A DNA stretch of 64,000 nt from Epithemia pelagica (GCA_946965045.2 OX337240.1:372001-436000); one strand, 5' to 3'; positions 38,559 through 52,187 are shown, numbered from the stretch's first letter. Program-made: numbers and translations. Notes: generated by a model from the sequence alone, not told the origin.

Positions 38559-39151
38559 GTAGTGTGAGTGTGGGGAGTGACTTACTCCTCAGTGAGTCCT
38601 CAGTGATTGGGGAAGGGTAGGACGACGAGTGGTAAAGGTACCTTTTCACCGACCATGACACAAAAGATCCGCTCTCATCATATCTCTATTCTACCTAGAT
38701 AAACAGCAGCAGCACATCTTCAAAAAATGGCTCGAACGAATCAGCAGGCCATCCTCTGTAGGAAACCAATACTTCAATAGCCTGTGTGTATGGTAACGAT
38801 TTCTTTGCGAGACGGGCAAGAGTGGATCAACCATGCAAAACAACAACTACACAACGAATGCGATCGAATAAGGGATCGAACGGCAAGTTGGAAGTACGAA
38901 GCACAAAGGCAACCCTCGACAGGCCAGTCAAAGAAACCATTCCACTCCTCGTCAACACGAGTCTTTTCGCAGGAACAACCTTCCAAACATGAGTGTGTGT
39001 CTGTCTCTGGCCTTCGCCCCACACACCACACGAGCGCAACTGAAGTTCGTGGATGAAGGAATCAACGTACGCTATCCATATTCGTGTCACTCGCGCTCTT
39101 GGATTTTCAAGAAAACACCACATTGGGAATTGGCTTTAACTTATCAGAACC

Positions 39152-40567
39152 ATGAGCAGTAACGTCGAGACCAAAACGTCGGAACGGACCACCGAGTCCA
39201 ACCGCACCCCCTACGATGAAACCGAGGAATCCTCCGGCAATCCTACGATGGACAGCGACGACGACAATGTGTTGGTTGGTGTGGTCGGCAAGGCCCAAGA
39301 TCCAGAGGCTCTAAAGGAACGACGATCGACAAACTCTGTGATTTCAGACGATAGTACGGGAGAGATGAAGGAGACGCAAGGCACTGAAGACATTGGAACC
39401 GAACAAGACAATTCCTCGTCCTGTGGATTGGATCCTGCGTTGGATGAGCGTGAGAAGGAGGGGATTCTGTCAGAGTCAGACTCGGCCGCCACTGCCGAGC
39501 CGTTGGATTTGTCGGAACCCTTGGAGGAGGATAGTGTGCTGATTGACAGTGTGTCTACGACGGTACTTGATGGCGACCTAGTAGAGCAAGCCAAGACGAA
39601 GAAGACTGTGACCACGGAGGAACCTTTGTTGGAGTGGCAAGTGGTGGAGAGCCCGGTGGACGGGACAAAGGATGAGACTCAACGGCCCGCCAAGACACTC
39701 AACATGGTAGAGAAAACAGAGGAACCAGTGGTTTCCAGCCAGGGTGATGATGGTTCCTTGACTAAATGCACGGAAAACGCACTACCAGAAACTAAGACAG
39801 AGATGGACTCTCCGGATAGTTCTTTGGATCCTTTGATTGGTTGTGGTTCAGATGGCGCTGTGGCACAAACTCTTGGCACGCAACATGCCACAGTGTCTAC
39901 CGCAAGCTCCACCACCACCAAGTCGGTGCCCAAGCATGGCTTGATTCAAGGCTCCACAACCAAGTCGGCACAAGATCTTTCTGGCTTGTCCCTCTCGTAT
40001 TCCATTTCGGAGTCGGACAGTCGCTCCACGCTGGACGAATCTGCGGTTTCCGATGGATCCAGTCCTGCACTCTCCGTACTGTCCGACATCCATCAGATCC
40101 ACAAGGACTATGCCGATGAGCTGTGCCAGGCATTGGACAAGCTCAAGAGCGATATGAAAGATCAATTGCGCAAGTACAATTTGCACTTTGCTCGAGTACA
40201 TGGCAACGGACTTCCAAGCATAGCGGAAAAGCAGGCCATTCGAAACTTGTACGAAAGTTACGTGGCCTTGAAACGTCAAATCGAGTGCATCCACCAACAA
40301 AAGGATTGGTACATGACGTTGAAACCATTGTCCGATGCTCCGAGTGATGCGTTGCGTGCCGAGTCGCCGGGTCAACGCATGGAAGCTTTGCGCGTCGAGA
40401 AAAAAGAGATTCATTCCTTTTTGCGCCGGTTCGAAAAGGACTTTTACCGCAAGAACAAACGGCAAGTATCCATCTTGGCGGACATTCAACCCGTTTCCTC
40501 TCACTACAAACGGTACAAACAAATCAAGAAAGAAATGAGGGCTCTCCAAAAAGCAAAAGAAGCCTAG
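39152..40567 (+). CDS. Protein with disordered acidic N-terminus and FAM13-like C-terminal helical repeats (471 aa)
   Basis: LRVEKKEIHSFLRRFEKDFYRKNKRQVSILADIQPVSSHYKRYKQIK, plus a preceding related repeat, resembles the FAM13 C-terminal domain. Confidence 0.7.
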   Translation: MSSNVETKTSERTTESNRTPYDETEESSGNPTMDSDDDNVLVGVVGKAQDPEALKERRSTNSVISDDSTGEMKETQGTEDIGTEQDNSSSCGLDPALDEREKEGILSESDSAATAEPLDLSEPLEEDSVLIDSVSTTVLDGDLVEQAKTKKTVTTEEPLLEWQVVESPVDGTKDETQRPAKTLNMVEKTEEPVVSSQGDDGSLTKCTENALPETKTEMDSPDSSLDPLIGCGSDGAVAQTLGTQHATVSTASSTTTKSVPKHGLIQGSTTKSAQDLSGLSLSYSISESDSRSTLDESAVSDGSSPALSVLSDIHQIHKDYADELCQALDKLKSDMKDQLRKYNLHFARVHGNGLPSIAEKQAIRNLYESYVALKRQIECIHQQKDWYMTLKPLSDAPSDALRAESPGQRMEALRVEKKEIHSFLRRFEKDFYRKNKRQVSILADIQPVSSHYKRYKQIKKEMRALQKAKEA

Positions 40568-41486
40568 GGAGGCAGCAGGATTGTCGCGACAATTTTTAGA
40601 GAAGCAGTTCGGGAGGGAGCCCTATAAAAGTACTTGAATTTAGAATAAGGCAGGTGTTATGTAGAGCGGATCTTGACCATATGGTCCATTGAGAATTGAG
40701 ACCTTTCTTTCATAGAAAGAGATGAATCCTTCCGAGTTAATTCGGTAAGGTTTAGAAGACGGGCCCGTGGATAGAGATAGACATAGATATGGGACAGGAG
40801 TATGATATAGTCTATGGTCTACTGACTATCGGTCTAAGAATACGCGACCCAACATAGCGCGCGTGCCGGCTCCAACAAAGATCCGTTGAAACGAGCGTGT
40901 CATTTGGAAACAACGCAAACGAAGCAACACACACTGCCATGCAACCAAGGAAACATGATCCCGATGGAAGCGGGGAAGCAACACACCGCCTCTCTTCCAG
41001 AGCACAGAAAACGAGCATCCCACATACAAGAGTGGTCGTCGTTATGTGTCCCGACGCAATAGAGATGCTGGCAGTGAAAGGAGCGAGAGATGGTCGGGAG
41101 AGACCACCTATTACTACTATGATGGAGCGCTTCGCCGAACCGGGTCGATCGCGAGCCAAGGCGGCGGCAACTCTTCCATCTCGGAAGGACTCCGGAAAAC
41201 CTGAAATAGTGTCTTGAGGGACTGTCGTGGGAAGATTGGGACAAACGCGATCTTTTGGATCGGTTGGGTTCTTTTTCTCAAACTTTTGGGTGACACACCA
41301 CAAAAAAGATCGGGACCGAGAGAAAAAGACCCATTGATCGGTTGGAAAAGGCAAGAAGAGAGTGCTGCTTGACACGAAAAAGACGCCTTGTTTTGGTTTT
41401 TGTTGTGGTTGTGTCGATCCTCCATGTGGTCGCTGCTTTCACAGTTTGTGGGAGGGGCGGCTCCTCCTCCGGCCAACGCACCTCGA

Positions 41487-44400
41487 ATGTCCCGTAACGG
41501 GGTCGATTCCTCCTCGGAGGACGAGATGCAGGACATCAAATCCAAGAAGAAGAAGAAAAAGAAGCACAAGATAGCCGAGAGAGCAAACAAGAAGAAGAAG
41601 AAGCTGAAGCATGAGAAACACGAGGAGACGAAGAAGAAACTCAAGATTAAGAAGCAGAAGAAACGACAGAAAACGACCCATTCCTTCTCGCGTCGCGAGG
41701 AAGAAGCAAACAAGATCAACACGATATATGAATCGGAAGAAGAAGAAGAAGAAGACCCTCGAAGATCCCGAAGAAGCACAATGATGGATTATTCTACAAG
41801 TGAGAGTGACGAAATACTAAACGAAGAAGAAGATATAGTAGAAGAAGATGATGATGACCGTTCTTGCGATTCCTCCTCCTCCTATCTATCTTTCTGTTCT
41901 GAGTCTTCCAGCATGTCTGGTAGTGACGCAGAAGATGAAGGAGAAGAAGAGGACGGAACGAACAGGCGTGGCCGTAAACAAAAAGCAAAATCCAGGCCTC
42001 GAAAACCAGGAAACAAGGAATCACGAAGGATGATATCTTCCTCCTCCTCCAAGTCGCGATACTCCAAGAAACCAAAATCAGGACGTGCTCGTAGCAAGCG
42101 TGATTCCCGTGCCTCGAACCATCCGGAACGTGTCCGTGATCCTACGGGATGTCAGCCACACAGTGGGAAATCTAGTAGTATCCGGCGGCACGATTTCAAG
42201 AAACTATCCAAGCAAGATCCCGAAGGACTACGGCATGATTCGCACCACCAACACATGGATCGCAAAATGAAAGGAAACTGCAATCACCGCCATCGTTCCA
42301 AGTCGTCCCGAAACAAAACGAGTCGTTTCGCAATGTCCCCTCAGGGTCATTGCCACCAAGATGATGCAAACGGCGAGGAGACTGATGATCAAGACGATGA
42401 GGAATCGGTTGGTTCTACTACAGCAAGTCCCCTCCCCCAAGTCAAGAGCAATCGCCGTAGCCATCCGAAACAAGAGGACGATGATAATGACATTGACAAG
42501 ACCAAAACGAATCACAGCCATGCACCAAAGAAAAAGCGATCCTATCGCTTACAATTGCAATTGCTGGAACGAGAAGCCGTTTCGACACGGACACGAACCA
42601 AGCTGTGTACGTCCTCTTCTTCTGTGACAGGGTCTCCTACTCCAAGAACAACCATGTCTTCCAACCACGTTGCTGTCACACCCGAAACGGACCAAAGGAC
42701 CCCCTCGTCCCTCCTCAAGCCTCGGAAACCAACAGCGGCTCCAGCCAAGTTACCAGCCGTGACTTCCTCGCCCTACCGTTCTAGTCGGAAACGAGGCCAT
42801 GTCGAAGAAGAAGACAATACTGACAAAAGTGAAGAAGAGGAGGCGGAGGAAGAAGAGGCTCACGAGGAGGAAAGTTCCAGTGAAGAAGAAGAAGAGGAAG
42901 ATGATAATGAGGAGGAGGAAGAAGAATCTAGTGAAGAGGAGAATCTTGATTCCAAAGAAGTTCGGGTGAAACAAGAAGAAGAAGAAGAAGAAGAAGAACA
43001 AGACGGTGAGGAGGAAAACGAAGAGTCCTCTTTGGCGGAGAACCCAGATACGAACGTAGTGGCTATGGGCAGTGCATCGGAATCCAGTGAAAATGAGAAT
43101 TCTGATGGTGAATCTAATACGATGACTTCGTCTGATGAAGACGAAGACGTTATGGCATATGAACAAAAACTACGCCATGGCTGTCCTCCAATCCGGGAAA
43201 AGACCAACCAGAAATCAATTGTGAAGCGAGACCATAGTTTTTTCGAGACTATGGGTGGTATGCGTGATGGATCCGAGGTTGTGTTGCACCGTCCGTTGAA
43301 CAAATGTAAGACATTTATTCATCTCGCTGGATTCTTTGCTCTTTCCTTTCTCGTCTCATTTTTGTCTTTTGTGTCAATCGGACAGATTCTCAAGCACTTG
43401 GTCGCGTGTACTTCCGATCTTGCACCGTGTCTGGAAAGGAATTCACCGTGGGATCCAAAGTCATGTTGAACGAAGCTCCTTTGGACTGTGTCTTGATCAC
43501 ATCTCTTTTTCAAGCTACCAAATCCTTTCAAGGCTATTACGCTTCAAAGAGAAACACGTACTCCCAACAGGGTTCCAAGTCCAGCCAAGGCCCCCAACGA
43601 CGGGAACTGCAAAAACGGGGACACGTCTACATGACAGTTCGTGCAATTATTTACAAGCAAAAAGGTGGGAATGGGAACAAACGATTCTCGTTACGCAAGA
43701 CGAAGGAAGCGGACTCGGTCGATGTGCCTGTGTGGTTGAATGAGCCCGGGCTCTACATGGTACACATGCCGGACACCATGGAAGTTCAAGGTCTTGCTCT
43801 TGCGGAACAAAAAGATATACAACAGTTGGGAGTCAAGGATCCTGGTTGGCCCATATGGGCCAATGCACGACAAGTCCACTACATTTCGCAAAAAAATGAA
43901 ACCATCCGTTGGTGGCCTAGCTCCAAGAAAAGCCGACTTACAAGTCAAGAGTCGAAGCGAGATAGCATTCGATACAGGTATGATTCATCGCAATGACGAG
44001 ATTGACTAGCTATGGATTGCACTGTTTGTTGATAACTTCTTTGTCTTGTTTCATCATCTCTCCAGGTTGACATACTCCTCCTCCGACGATTCCGATGGAT
44101 TGGACTCGGAATCAAAGCACTTGGTTAAATTTAATGAGAAACGAAGACGACAACATCCCGAGATGCCCAATGAAAGTGAGAATGACGATAGCGAAAACGA
44201 CACTATGAGATCTGATGTGGAAAACAGTGACGAAGACAGCGGTGATCAGGACAACCCTAGTTCCAAACGCCGTAACGACAAGAGCGGCAAACCAGCGACC
44301 AATGACGCAATGGAATGCGACAAACTATCGAGTGACGAGTCGGAAACGACGATTGTGGATAACATAGTGAACTATCGAACTCACCGTTTGGTTCTTGACG

Positions 44401-47400
44401 CGGATTGGCCAGAGGAATCAGACATAGCCCTTCAAGACGAATCGGAACGATCCAGAGGCCTCATTATGCTGGAGCCCTTTAAGAAGGCGTTTCCCGATCT
44501 TCGAGCAGAAATTGAAAAGGCCGTGTTTAGTCCACAGCAGCATGTAGAGTGTGAATACGTCGATTCCGTGTCCAGCTGGTCTACGACGACGGTGGATATC
44601 CAGATACAAACGAAACTCAATGCAGCAAAGACGACATTGGGCATAGCCAAGCTCCATCCGCTGCAAGAACGAGTCTGTGCGCACATAATAAAAAATCAGC
44701 TGGAAGACGTTGTTGTCAACGCTCCTTGTGGCTCTGGCAAGGTACGTTCGTTGTGATCTTACACCGTTTTGCCTTGTCTTGGTATCTCACTGTTCACTGG
44801 CTTGTTATAGAGCATGTGTTTTATGGTTCCCGCTGTCTTATTTGGAGGTATCACACTTGTTGTCGAGCCACTTAGAGCCTTGATTGACAGCTTATTCCGC
44901 GAATTACGGAAACGCAACATTAACTGTGAAAAACTCCTTAGCAACGAAGCAGCAGGACATAGTCAAGCTCTGAGCGCGTATAACCGTTTATGTACTTTAT
45001 TGGATGAAAGATTGGACGGCAAACCACTCGTCATTCTTACCACACCAGAACTTGTTTGCACGGGCGGTACAATGGAAATCCTGGGTAATCTACAAGAACA
45101 GGGAAAATTGCGAAGAGTTGTTGTGGATGAGTTCGATTTATGGTACGTGAATTTAATTGATTTAAGTTCGGCTTGTGTCACAACTTCTCCGTACACAAGG
45201 ATTACTCATATGGTTGTTTACTGGAACTTGTGGAATACCTCAGTATCGAACCAAAGGAGAAGGAAGGGACTTGTCACCGACCAGCTTTTGCCGAAATTGT
45301 TCCTCATATTCGCAGAGTGCTGACAAGGACACCAGTGTGAGTATCAAAAGTTGAATGTACTTGCGAGTATGAAAGAAGCCCTCAATTTGATCTCCTTATC
45401 CAATGCACTCGCTCTGTTGGATCTCTTGTCCCCAGAATGTTTCTATCTGCCACGGCCTCCAACAGTGCCGTGAAACTCGTGTCATGGAGCCCCTCAGGGC
45501 AAAAGAAGCCAAAGTTGTTTCTTCACAGCAATCCGCTTCCGCATAATCATTTCTATCGTGTAGAGTCAAGGTCTATGACATGGACCGATGTTGCTGCAAG
45601 AATTGCCAAGATTCTGTCTGATTATGCCCGGGAACATCCAGAAGGTCCTCAGGCAAAGGCTCTTTGTTTCTTCGTTGGTCGAGCAATCGTGGGAACCTTT
45701 AGTGATTTATTGAACGAAAAGAAAATCACCTCTCTTGCTTATGTTGGGGCAGAGACAGAGAAACAAAAGCAACGAAACAACACAATCCTTCGGGAGTTTA
45801 AGGAGACTGATGTACAGGTTTTGTGTGCAAATTTAGCTCTGGGCCGAGGAGTAGATGATCTCCCAAAGAATATCCGATTTTGTTTTCATGTCCAAATGCC
45901 AGAATCTCTTCGTAAGTGCGTGCATAAGCGCCGTTTCCTCTCCGGTATAATTGAGGTTCTCATGTTCTGGCAGCTGAATATTTGCAACAGACAGGCAGAG
46001 CAGGCCGTGACGGTGGAGCGACTTTCTGCTACATGTTCTACCGTTCCGCTGACCGAAGTCGCATTGAGAATATTCTGGGTGGTAGGAGAAAAGAATTAAG
46101 TCACTATCAGCGCAGAGCTCTGGACCTAGTCAGGGAATATGCAATAAATGGGACAATGTGCCGTAAAGAAGCCCTGGCAAAATGCGCATTCGTTGGTGAG
46201 CCAACGCATGTTCGTTGTACGCATCCAGGGAAAATTCGGTGCGATAACTGTCTTGCCAGTGATTGTGTTTTTTCAAAGCCGAAAGACACTGGATGGCTCT
46301 TGGATGTAACAACCAGTATTCACAGTTTTCTTCTGAGAGCCAAATCGAAGTTTATGGTGAAAAATGACTTGAGGGAACAAGACCTACGGAAAGAATCCAG
46401 TGCGTGGCATTGCATCGCGCGAAATATTGAAGAGTTGTCTCCCGATCTTCAGGATAAGAAGTTCCTTCAATCGCTAGTTTCCGGGGGCCTAGATTTTAGC
46501 CTTCTCCATGACTTGGTCCGGTATATGAATGATGTATGTGTTCGGAGTGCCACAAACAAGACTCGCTCCGGACTAATTGATCATATTCGATCGAAGAGGA
46601 GTATCAAACGTTTTCTGTTTCAAGCATCACTTCCGCTAGAAAGCTTCAGTCAAGACAGGGTTCCGATATGTGTCTCACCGATTAAAGAAAACCGCGAAGA
46701 CGTACTCGAAATCGTTGGAAAGAGACAAATTTCAATATTGCTTCAGTACTTTCTCCAGAAAGGGATCGAAACATGGAACCGCAATACTAATAGCACGATC
46801 TTTGATCGTTCACTCGATCGGGAATATAGCATTGGCGAAACCTGCGAGGATGGCAATGATGCTGACGCCAATGCATTCAAAGCAGCTCTGCACTTCGTCT
46901 CAAAGGATCCACGCCTCAAGTCTCTGGACCTTACGAAACTCTATGATGCCCACAAACACGGTTGCGGTTTGTACTGGTCCGCCTCTGTCGAAAAGGATGG
47001 ATCTCTCAACATCTGTCATCCGGAGATAGCATGGGATCGTCGTATGTATCGTAAGTTTGGAGCCGACCGGTTCTTGACGGTACGCGTCAATAAGCAAGTG
47101 AATATCCAACAAATAAAGGAGCTTTTTGATGGCGATGGCATATCCAAGGGACACAAGGCACTTCTCTTTGGCCGGACATATCGTTATCTGTGGTGTAAAA
47201 AAGAAAAAGATCCACAGCAGTTTGTTCTGTTTGCGGAAGAGGGCCCAGGCTTATCCCCAACCTCAGTGTCTGACGTCCTGAATTGGGCAATACCTCATGA
47301 TTTAAATGGTTCGCTATCCATTGCGAAGCGATTAAAGAGGATGAAACTTTGGTTTTCTACGACCATACCGACCGCATGTTTACCGGCTGGAAGTGTACGG

Positions 47401-47415
47401 ATTGTTCCTGACTAC
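41487..47415 (+). CDS. RecQ helicase-RdRP fusion gene, 5' part (exons 41487-43305, 43386-43977, 44066-44741, 44811-45142, 45244-45336, 45436-45911, 45974-47415)
   Basis: RecQ motifs APCGSGK|SMCFMVPA, VVEPLRAL, TTPE, VVDEFD, LSATA, LALGRGVD, QQTGRAGRDG, and Zn-binding CRK...CDNC. These lead into an RdRP N-terminal region (RKFGADRFL, KRMKLWFSTT). All junctions are GT-AG and in phase. Confidence 0.85.
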
Positions 47416-48204
47416 CATTGGTCCTCGGGAGGGATGTAGGATCCCTGCACGTGCCTATTTACTATAGCCCATTTTGTACTGTACTCGGTTTTTTATTTTA
47501 GTGTACGTATGTATTTTAGCGGTCGTGGGAAATTCCGAGCGTAAAACCAGGGTCACAAAATGGATCGAAACGCAACCAATACAACAACGAGAGAAACCGT
47601 AGTGCATGAACCAATGAACCAAGGAACAAACGACCATGACAATCAAACAAGCGAGGCAACAAGCACAACAGCGAGCAAAAGCAACCAACAATCAACCAAA
47701 AAGGACAACCAAGGCAATACAATCAACAAACATCAAAGAAGCAGCATGGTAGAACAGCAGCGAGCGAAAAACATAAAGCATCAAGAGAGACAAGCAAAGC
47801 ATCAAACAACGAAACCAAAAGCGATACAACAATCAACCAAGACAAATGACAAAGCAACAATCAAACAAAGGCAAAAACCCACGCAATAAGCCAACAAAGG
47901 CAAGAAACAACAATAGAAACAGAGACGACGAAAATGAAACAAACATCAATCCAACAAACACAGAAACATAACCAACAACCAAACAGAAAGAACAACAGAG
48001 CAGACCGAGAGAAAAGAGAAGCAAGACAAAGGTTAGAGATGCATTGATAATGGAAATGGATGCAACAATCAAAAAGAGCAAAGACAACACTTACGTATTG
48101 AAGCGATCTACACGCAGAGCTCAAGCAACAATCTGCAATGAAAAGGAAGCAGTGAGAACATAGAAAAGACAAGACAACAATCAAACACAGAAAACTTACC
48201 TAGT

Positions 48205-51200
48205 TCAGTAGTATCGTCCACCATGGTGGTTGTGATTGTAGTGATCACCACCATGGTGGCGACTGTGGTGACGAGGATAGTAGGACTCGGAGCGGTGGTG
48301 GTGGTATGAGGAACTGTATTTGGGAGGAGGGGGCGAAGGGTGGAAGTGCTCCACTCGTTGACGGTACACTGCCTCCCCAATCAGACGAGAAGATGGAGGA
48401 GGTGGTGGCGGAGGCGTGTACGAGCGTGGAGGTGGAGGTGGAGGGGTCTGTCCACGAGGAGGATAGTAGTTGTTGCGTGTGGGAGGAGGAGGTGGACTCC
48501 AGTTCACCATTGCCCCATTTCCATTGTTATAGGAAGGCGGAGGAGGGGGAGAACGACGTTGTGATTGGGCGTAGTGGTTGTTGCGTTGGTCGTAATGGCC
48601 CTGATGGCTGCTTTCCAATGATCCGTGGTGGTGGTTGCTGTGATTGTGTTGGTCTTGATGGCCGAGGTGGCCACTCTCCCACGATCCATGGTTGTTGTTG
48701 TTGTGGTGGCGGGGGCGTTCGTCGTAGTACGACGAATGGCTGTTGTTGTTGTTGTGGTGGTGGTAGTGGCTATCGTCGTATGGTGGTCGACGATGGTTGT
48801 TGTTGTTGCTGTTGTTTTGACACTCGTAGTGGGGAGGTCGGCCACTGTTATTGTTGTTGTCGTTGTAGTTTTGGAACTCGTAGGGCGGTCGGCCGTTGTT
48901 GTTGTTGTTGTTCTCGTAGGGAGGTCGGCCATTGTTGCGAGTGTTGTTGTTGTTGCTCTCGTAGGGTGGTGCTCCATTCTTGTTGCTCTCGTAGGGTGGT
49001 CTGCCAGTGTTGTTGCTCTCGTATGGTGGTCGGCCATTGTTGTTGTTGTTGTTGTTGTTGGAGTTGTGAGAGTTGTTGTTGTTTTGGTTGCCACCATCCC
49101 CGTCGCCCCAATCAAAGCCTAGCGGAGAGAACGATGGAGACGAATCGTTGGCACCACCACCAGCAGTAGGAGCATCGGACGAATGATTCGGCGCTACGAT
49201 CAGAAAAGAATGACAGAAAGGTGAGAGACTGATTTCGAATGAACAACAATCAGACAACAAACTTACGCGACGACTTCTTCGGCTGTTCCACTTTGTCTTC
49301 TGGGGGGATGTACCAGTTTGCCGTCGAAGCCTTTAACTTCGACGCGGTAGAGACTTCTTGGTACTCATAATTAATCTCGGCCGATTTATGACGGCCAAAA
49401 TTCGTTGCCAAGACTTGTGGCACTCCGCAATTCGCCACTTTAGAGATGCCCGTTCTACGAGCAGTTCGACCGGTGAAGTTTCCATCTTCGGGGAACTTGC
49501 ATCGAGCAGCCAGCACCTTTGTGTTGTTCGCCGCGAAGTTGCTGCCGAGTTTGCCACCAGGACGCATACCCGTGGCCGGGTCGAACTTTTCTTGGGCACG
49601 GTCCTTCACCAGGTCAGTCCAACCCAAGTGTTTGGACCCACATTTTCGGGCCGCGATGATTTTCTTTGGGGCTTCGTACAAAAACAAGAGTCCCTTCCAG
49701 CCCGGCGGATGCGCTACCTTTCGGTAGTGCATAAATAGCTTATACGTACTCCACGGGTCTGCTTCGTTTTCTATGATCATGTTGGACAGCGAGTCATTCT
49801 CGCGGCGAAACGTAGGCTTGGCTAGCGTCAATTTTACGTTCTTGTGGTGGCCAGCATCAAGTGGGATGATTGCTGGCTTGCCCGCATGTTCTCCGTACGA
49901 CTCATCTAAACGAGCTACGAATCGAAAGTCAGTAATCCTTGCTAAATGAATCTGAATAGAAGTAGCAAGAACATCAGTAGAGGTGAGAAAACCAGTAAGA
50001 AAGCCCAACAATCAACCGTTTGGGTACGTACCTCTAAACAGCGAAAGCTAATATCGCGACAGAGCGAGTAGAAGAATAGCATTAGCAAGTCTTTGAAGAC
50101 TTGGAACGGATTCAAGGGAGGATCTGCGAGGTTGCGGATGTGATACTGATCATCCATACACACGCTGGCCCGTTTCGGCAAGCGACCGAACTCGGGACGT
50201 GCTTTCGCCGTCTTTTTCCAAATCCATTCTAAATACGCTTGGTACGAACCTCTGCCCTTGAGGTCCGTTTGCCCGATGCACACGCCGTTGGCACGCAGGC
50301 AAGCAAACAGATGATTCAATACCTTCCCAGTCGTGTTGGGTTGGTAATGAAACTTTGGATCGTGGGGATCATCGCGCCCCTTGACATACCCCGCCATCCG
50401 AAGATTCATGCAGAAGATAGCTAGCAAGGAGTTAAGTAGCCCCAACTTTCTTGGCGTCTTCGCCCCGCGTAGAGCAACGAACAACTTGGGGACTTTCAGT
50501 CCATCTGATCGTTCAGGGTCGACCATTAGCTTCGCGAGTCCTCGGTAGTGTCGGTGTCGACGAAGCACATCTAAGAAACGCTGGACCGACTCTTGTTTTT
50601 CCTTCGAGTACGACTCGGAGCAGCCAGCAAGCTCGCGAACATCATAGCCATGATACTCGTCCGCAAATACTTCATCGCTGAGTTCAGCGAACTGACCGAA
50701 GTATTCCAACAGGTTGTCGTCATGTGGTTCATCAAGTGGCAGAGTCTTGTATTCGGCGATTGAGATCTCGCCTTGCTCGTTCTCTTCGAGATGGCGTTGC
50801 TCCACCATTGCACGAGCAATGGTCTTCGTATCTAGTGGAGACGGAGGAGGAGGAGGGGCACGCCGAGCAAGAACACCACGTGCACGGGCATTTCGGCGGC
50901 TTCGAACGGAAACAGAAGGAACAAAATCTTCGTCCGCTTCAAGATCATCCATTTCCATTCCTTCAAAGATACTGTCATCATCGTCCGAACCGTCATCAAG
51001 GAACGGATTCGTTTGATTGTTCCTGTGGAAAGCAAAGGAAGAATGTAAGAGGGTGGAAGATGCAACAATCAAATAGAGCGACAACGCAACAACGAACTCA
51101 ACAACGAACGCAACAACAACGAAACTTACTTTGAACGGTGGCGTCGACGGTGAAGAAGAGGAGGAAGATCATCGGGAGGCGGTGGGTTGTTCTCCTTGTC

Positions 51201-51395
51201 GGCTTCCGACGGAGGAGGTGGACGAGGAGGTGGATTCTTCTTCTTCGGTTTTTGCTTCTTGTTCTTGTTGGTCATTCGGCGAGCGACCTTTCGGACGGGG
51301 GAGGACGAAGTTGCAGTTGGTGATTTGCTGCTGGCTGCAGCCAGTTGCCGTTTGGAGCGGCGAGTTGGCTGTTGCGAGGGAGGACTGTTGGCCAT
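48205..51395 (-). CDS. Tyrosine recombinase, Crypton/DUF3504-like (exons 51395-51130, 51022-50032, 49951-49267, 49193-48205; ~976 aa)
   Basis: YQPNT; box I DISFRCLE|IHLARITDF; box II FTGRTARRTGIS; GRHKSAEINYEY (H...Y). Three phase-compatible GT-AG introns and a N/P/H/Y-rich C-terminal tail. Confidence 0.82.
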
Positions 51396-52187
51396 GGTCA
51401 AGAACTTCCTGTCGTTGTTGTCGAAATGGCAAAAGTATGAGAAATGACAGGAAATGGAAGGATTTGAGTGACCATTGGAGGGCAGGCGCGCAGGAAGAGG
51501 ACGAAATTGGAAGAAAGGAAGACTTTCCACCATGGGAATGACGAAAAAGGACGAAACAACAATCAACTTACATTCTGTCGCACCGCTCAAGGAACCAAGG
51601 ATCGGAATGCAAGCTATGGAGATCAACATCTCCTTTGCATTCGTCGATCCTTGGTTCCCAGGTCCCATGGTACCTGTCGACCGTTGGGTCGACCGGTACG
51701 AAGACCATGGACGAGGGGTCTTCCCAAGGATCATAATTTGTCGACAACGTCGACATCGAAGACGAAGAAGACGACGACGACGATGCAAGAGAGATGGGAG
51801 ACGCTGCGGTGCCACGATGGGATGCGGAGCGGGGCATGGGGCTGACAATGGGACGGCTCGTCATGGTGGCAACCCAACAATCAAATGGATGAGGAAACCA
51901 CGACGACGATAACAACGACAACAGCGCCTACAACGATGCCTCCCACAATTTCAAACAGGTCCCTATGTAGCACCTAAGTATTTAGTTCGTCCCTAAATAG
52001 TGAGACCCTATGTGATCTTGTGTTCCTAAATAGTGAGAACCTAAGTGTCGTAAGTAATTTCCCCCAATATGTGACTACTTAGACTAAGTAGAGTGACGAG
52101 TTAAAAAAATCAACGGACGATAAGCCTAACAAAATATAAATCCTATGTGACACTTACATCCCCCCTCGGACGCAACGGAAGCGTACA

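Noticed and set aside
48306-49169. Cys-, Val-, Thr- and Gln-rich ORFs overlapping the YR last exon
   Set aside because: Alternative frames of (AAC)-rich low-complexity sequence; only the 48205 frame is in splice phase with the YR.
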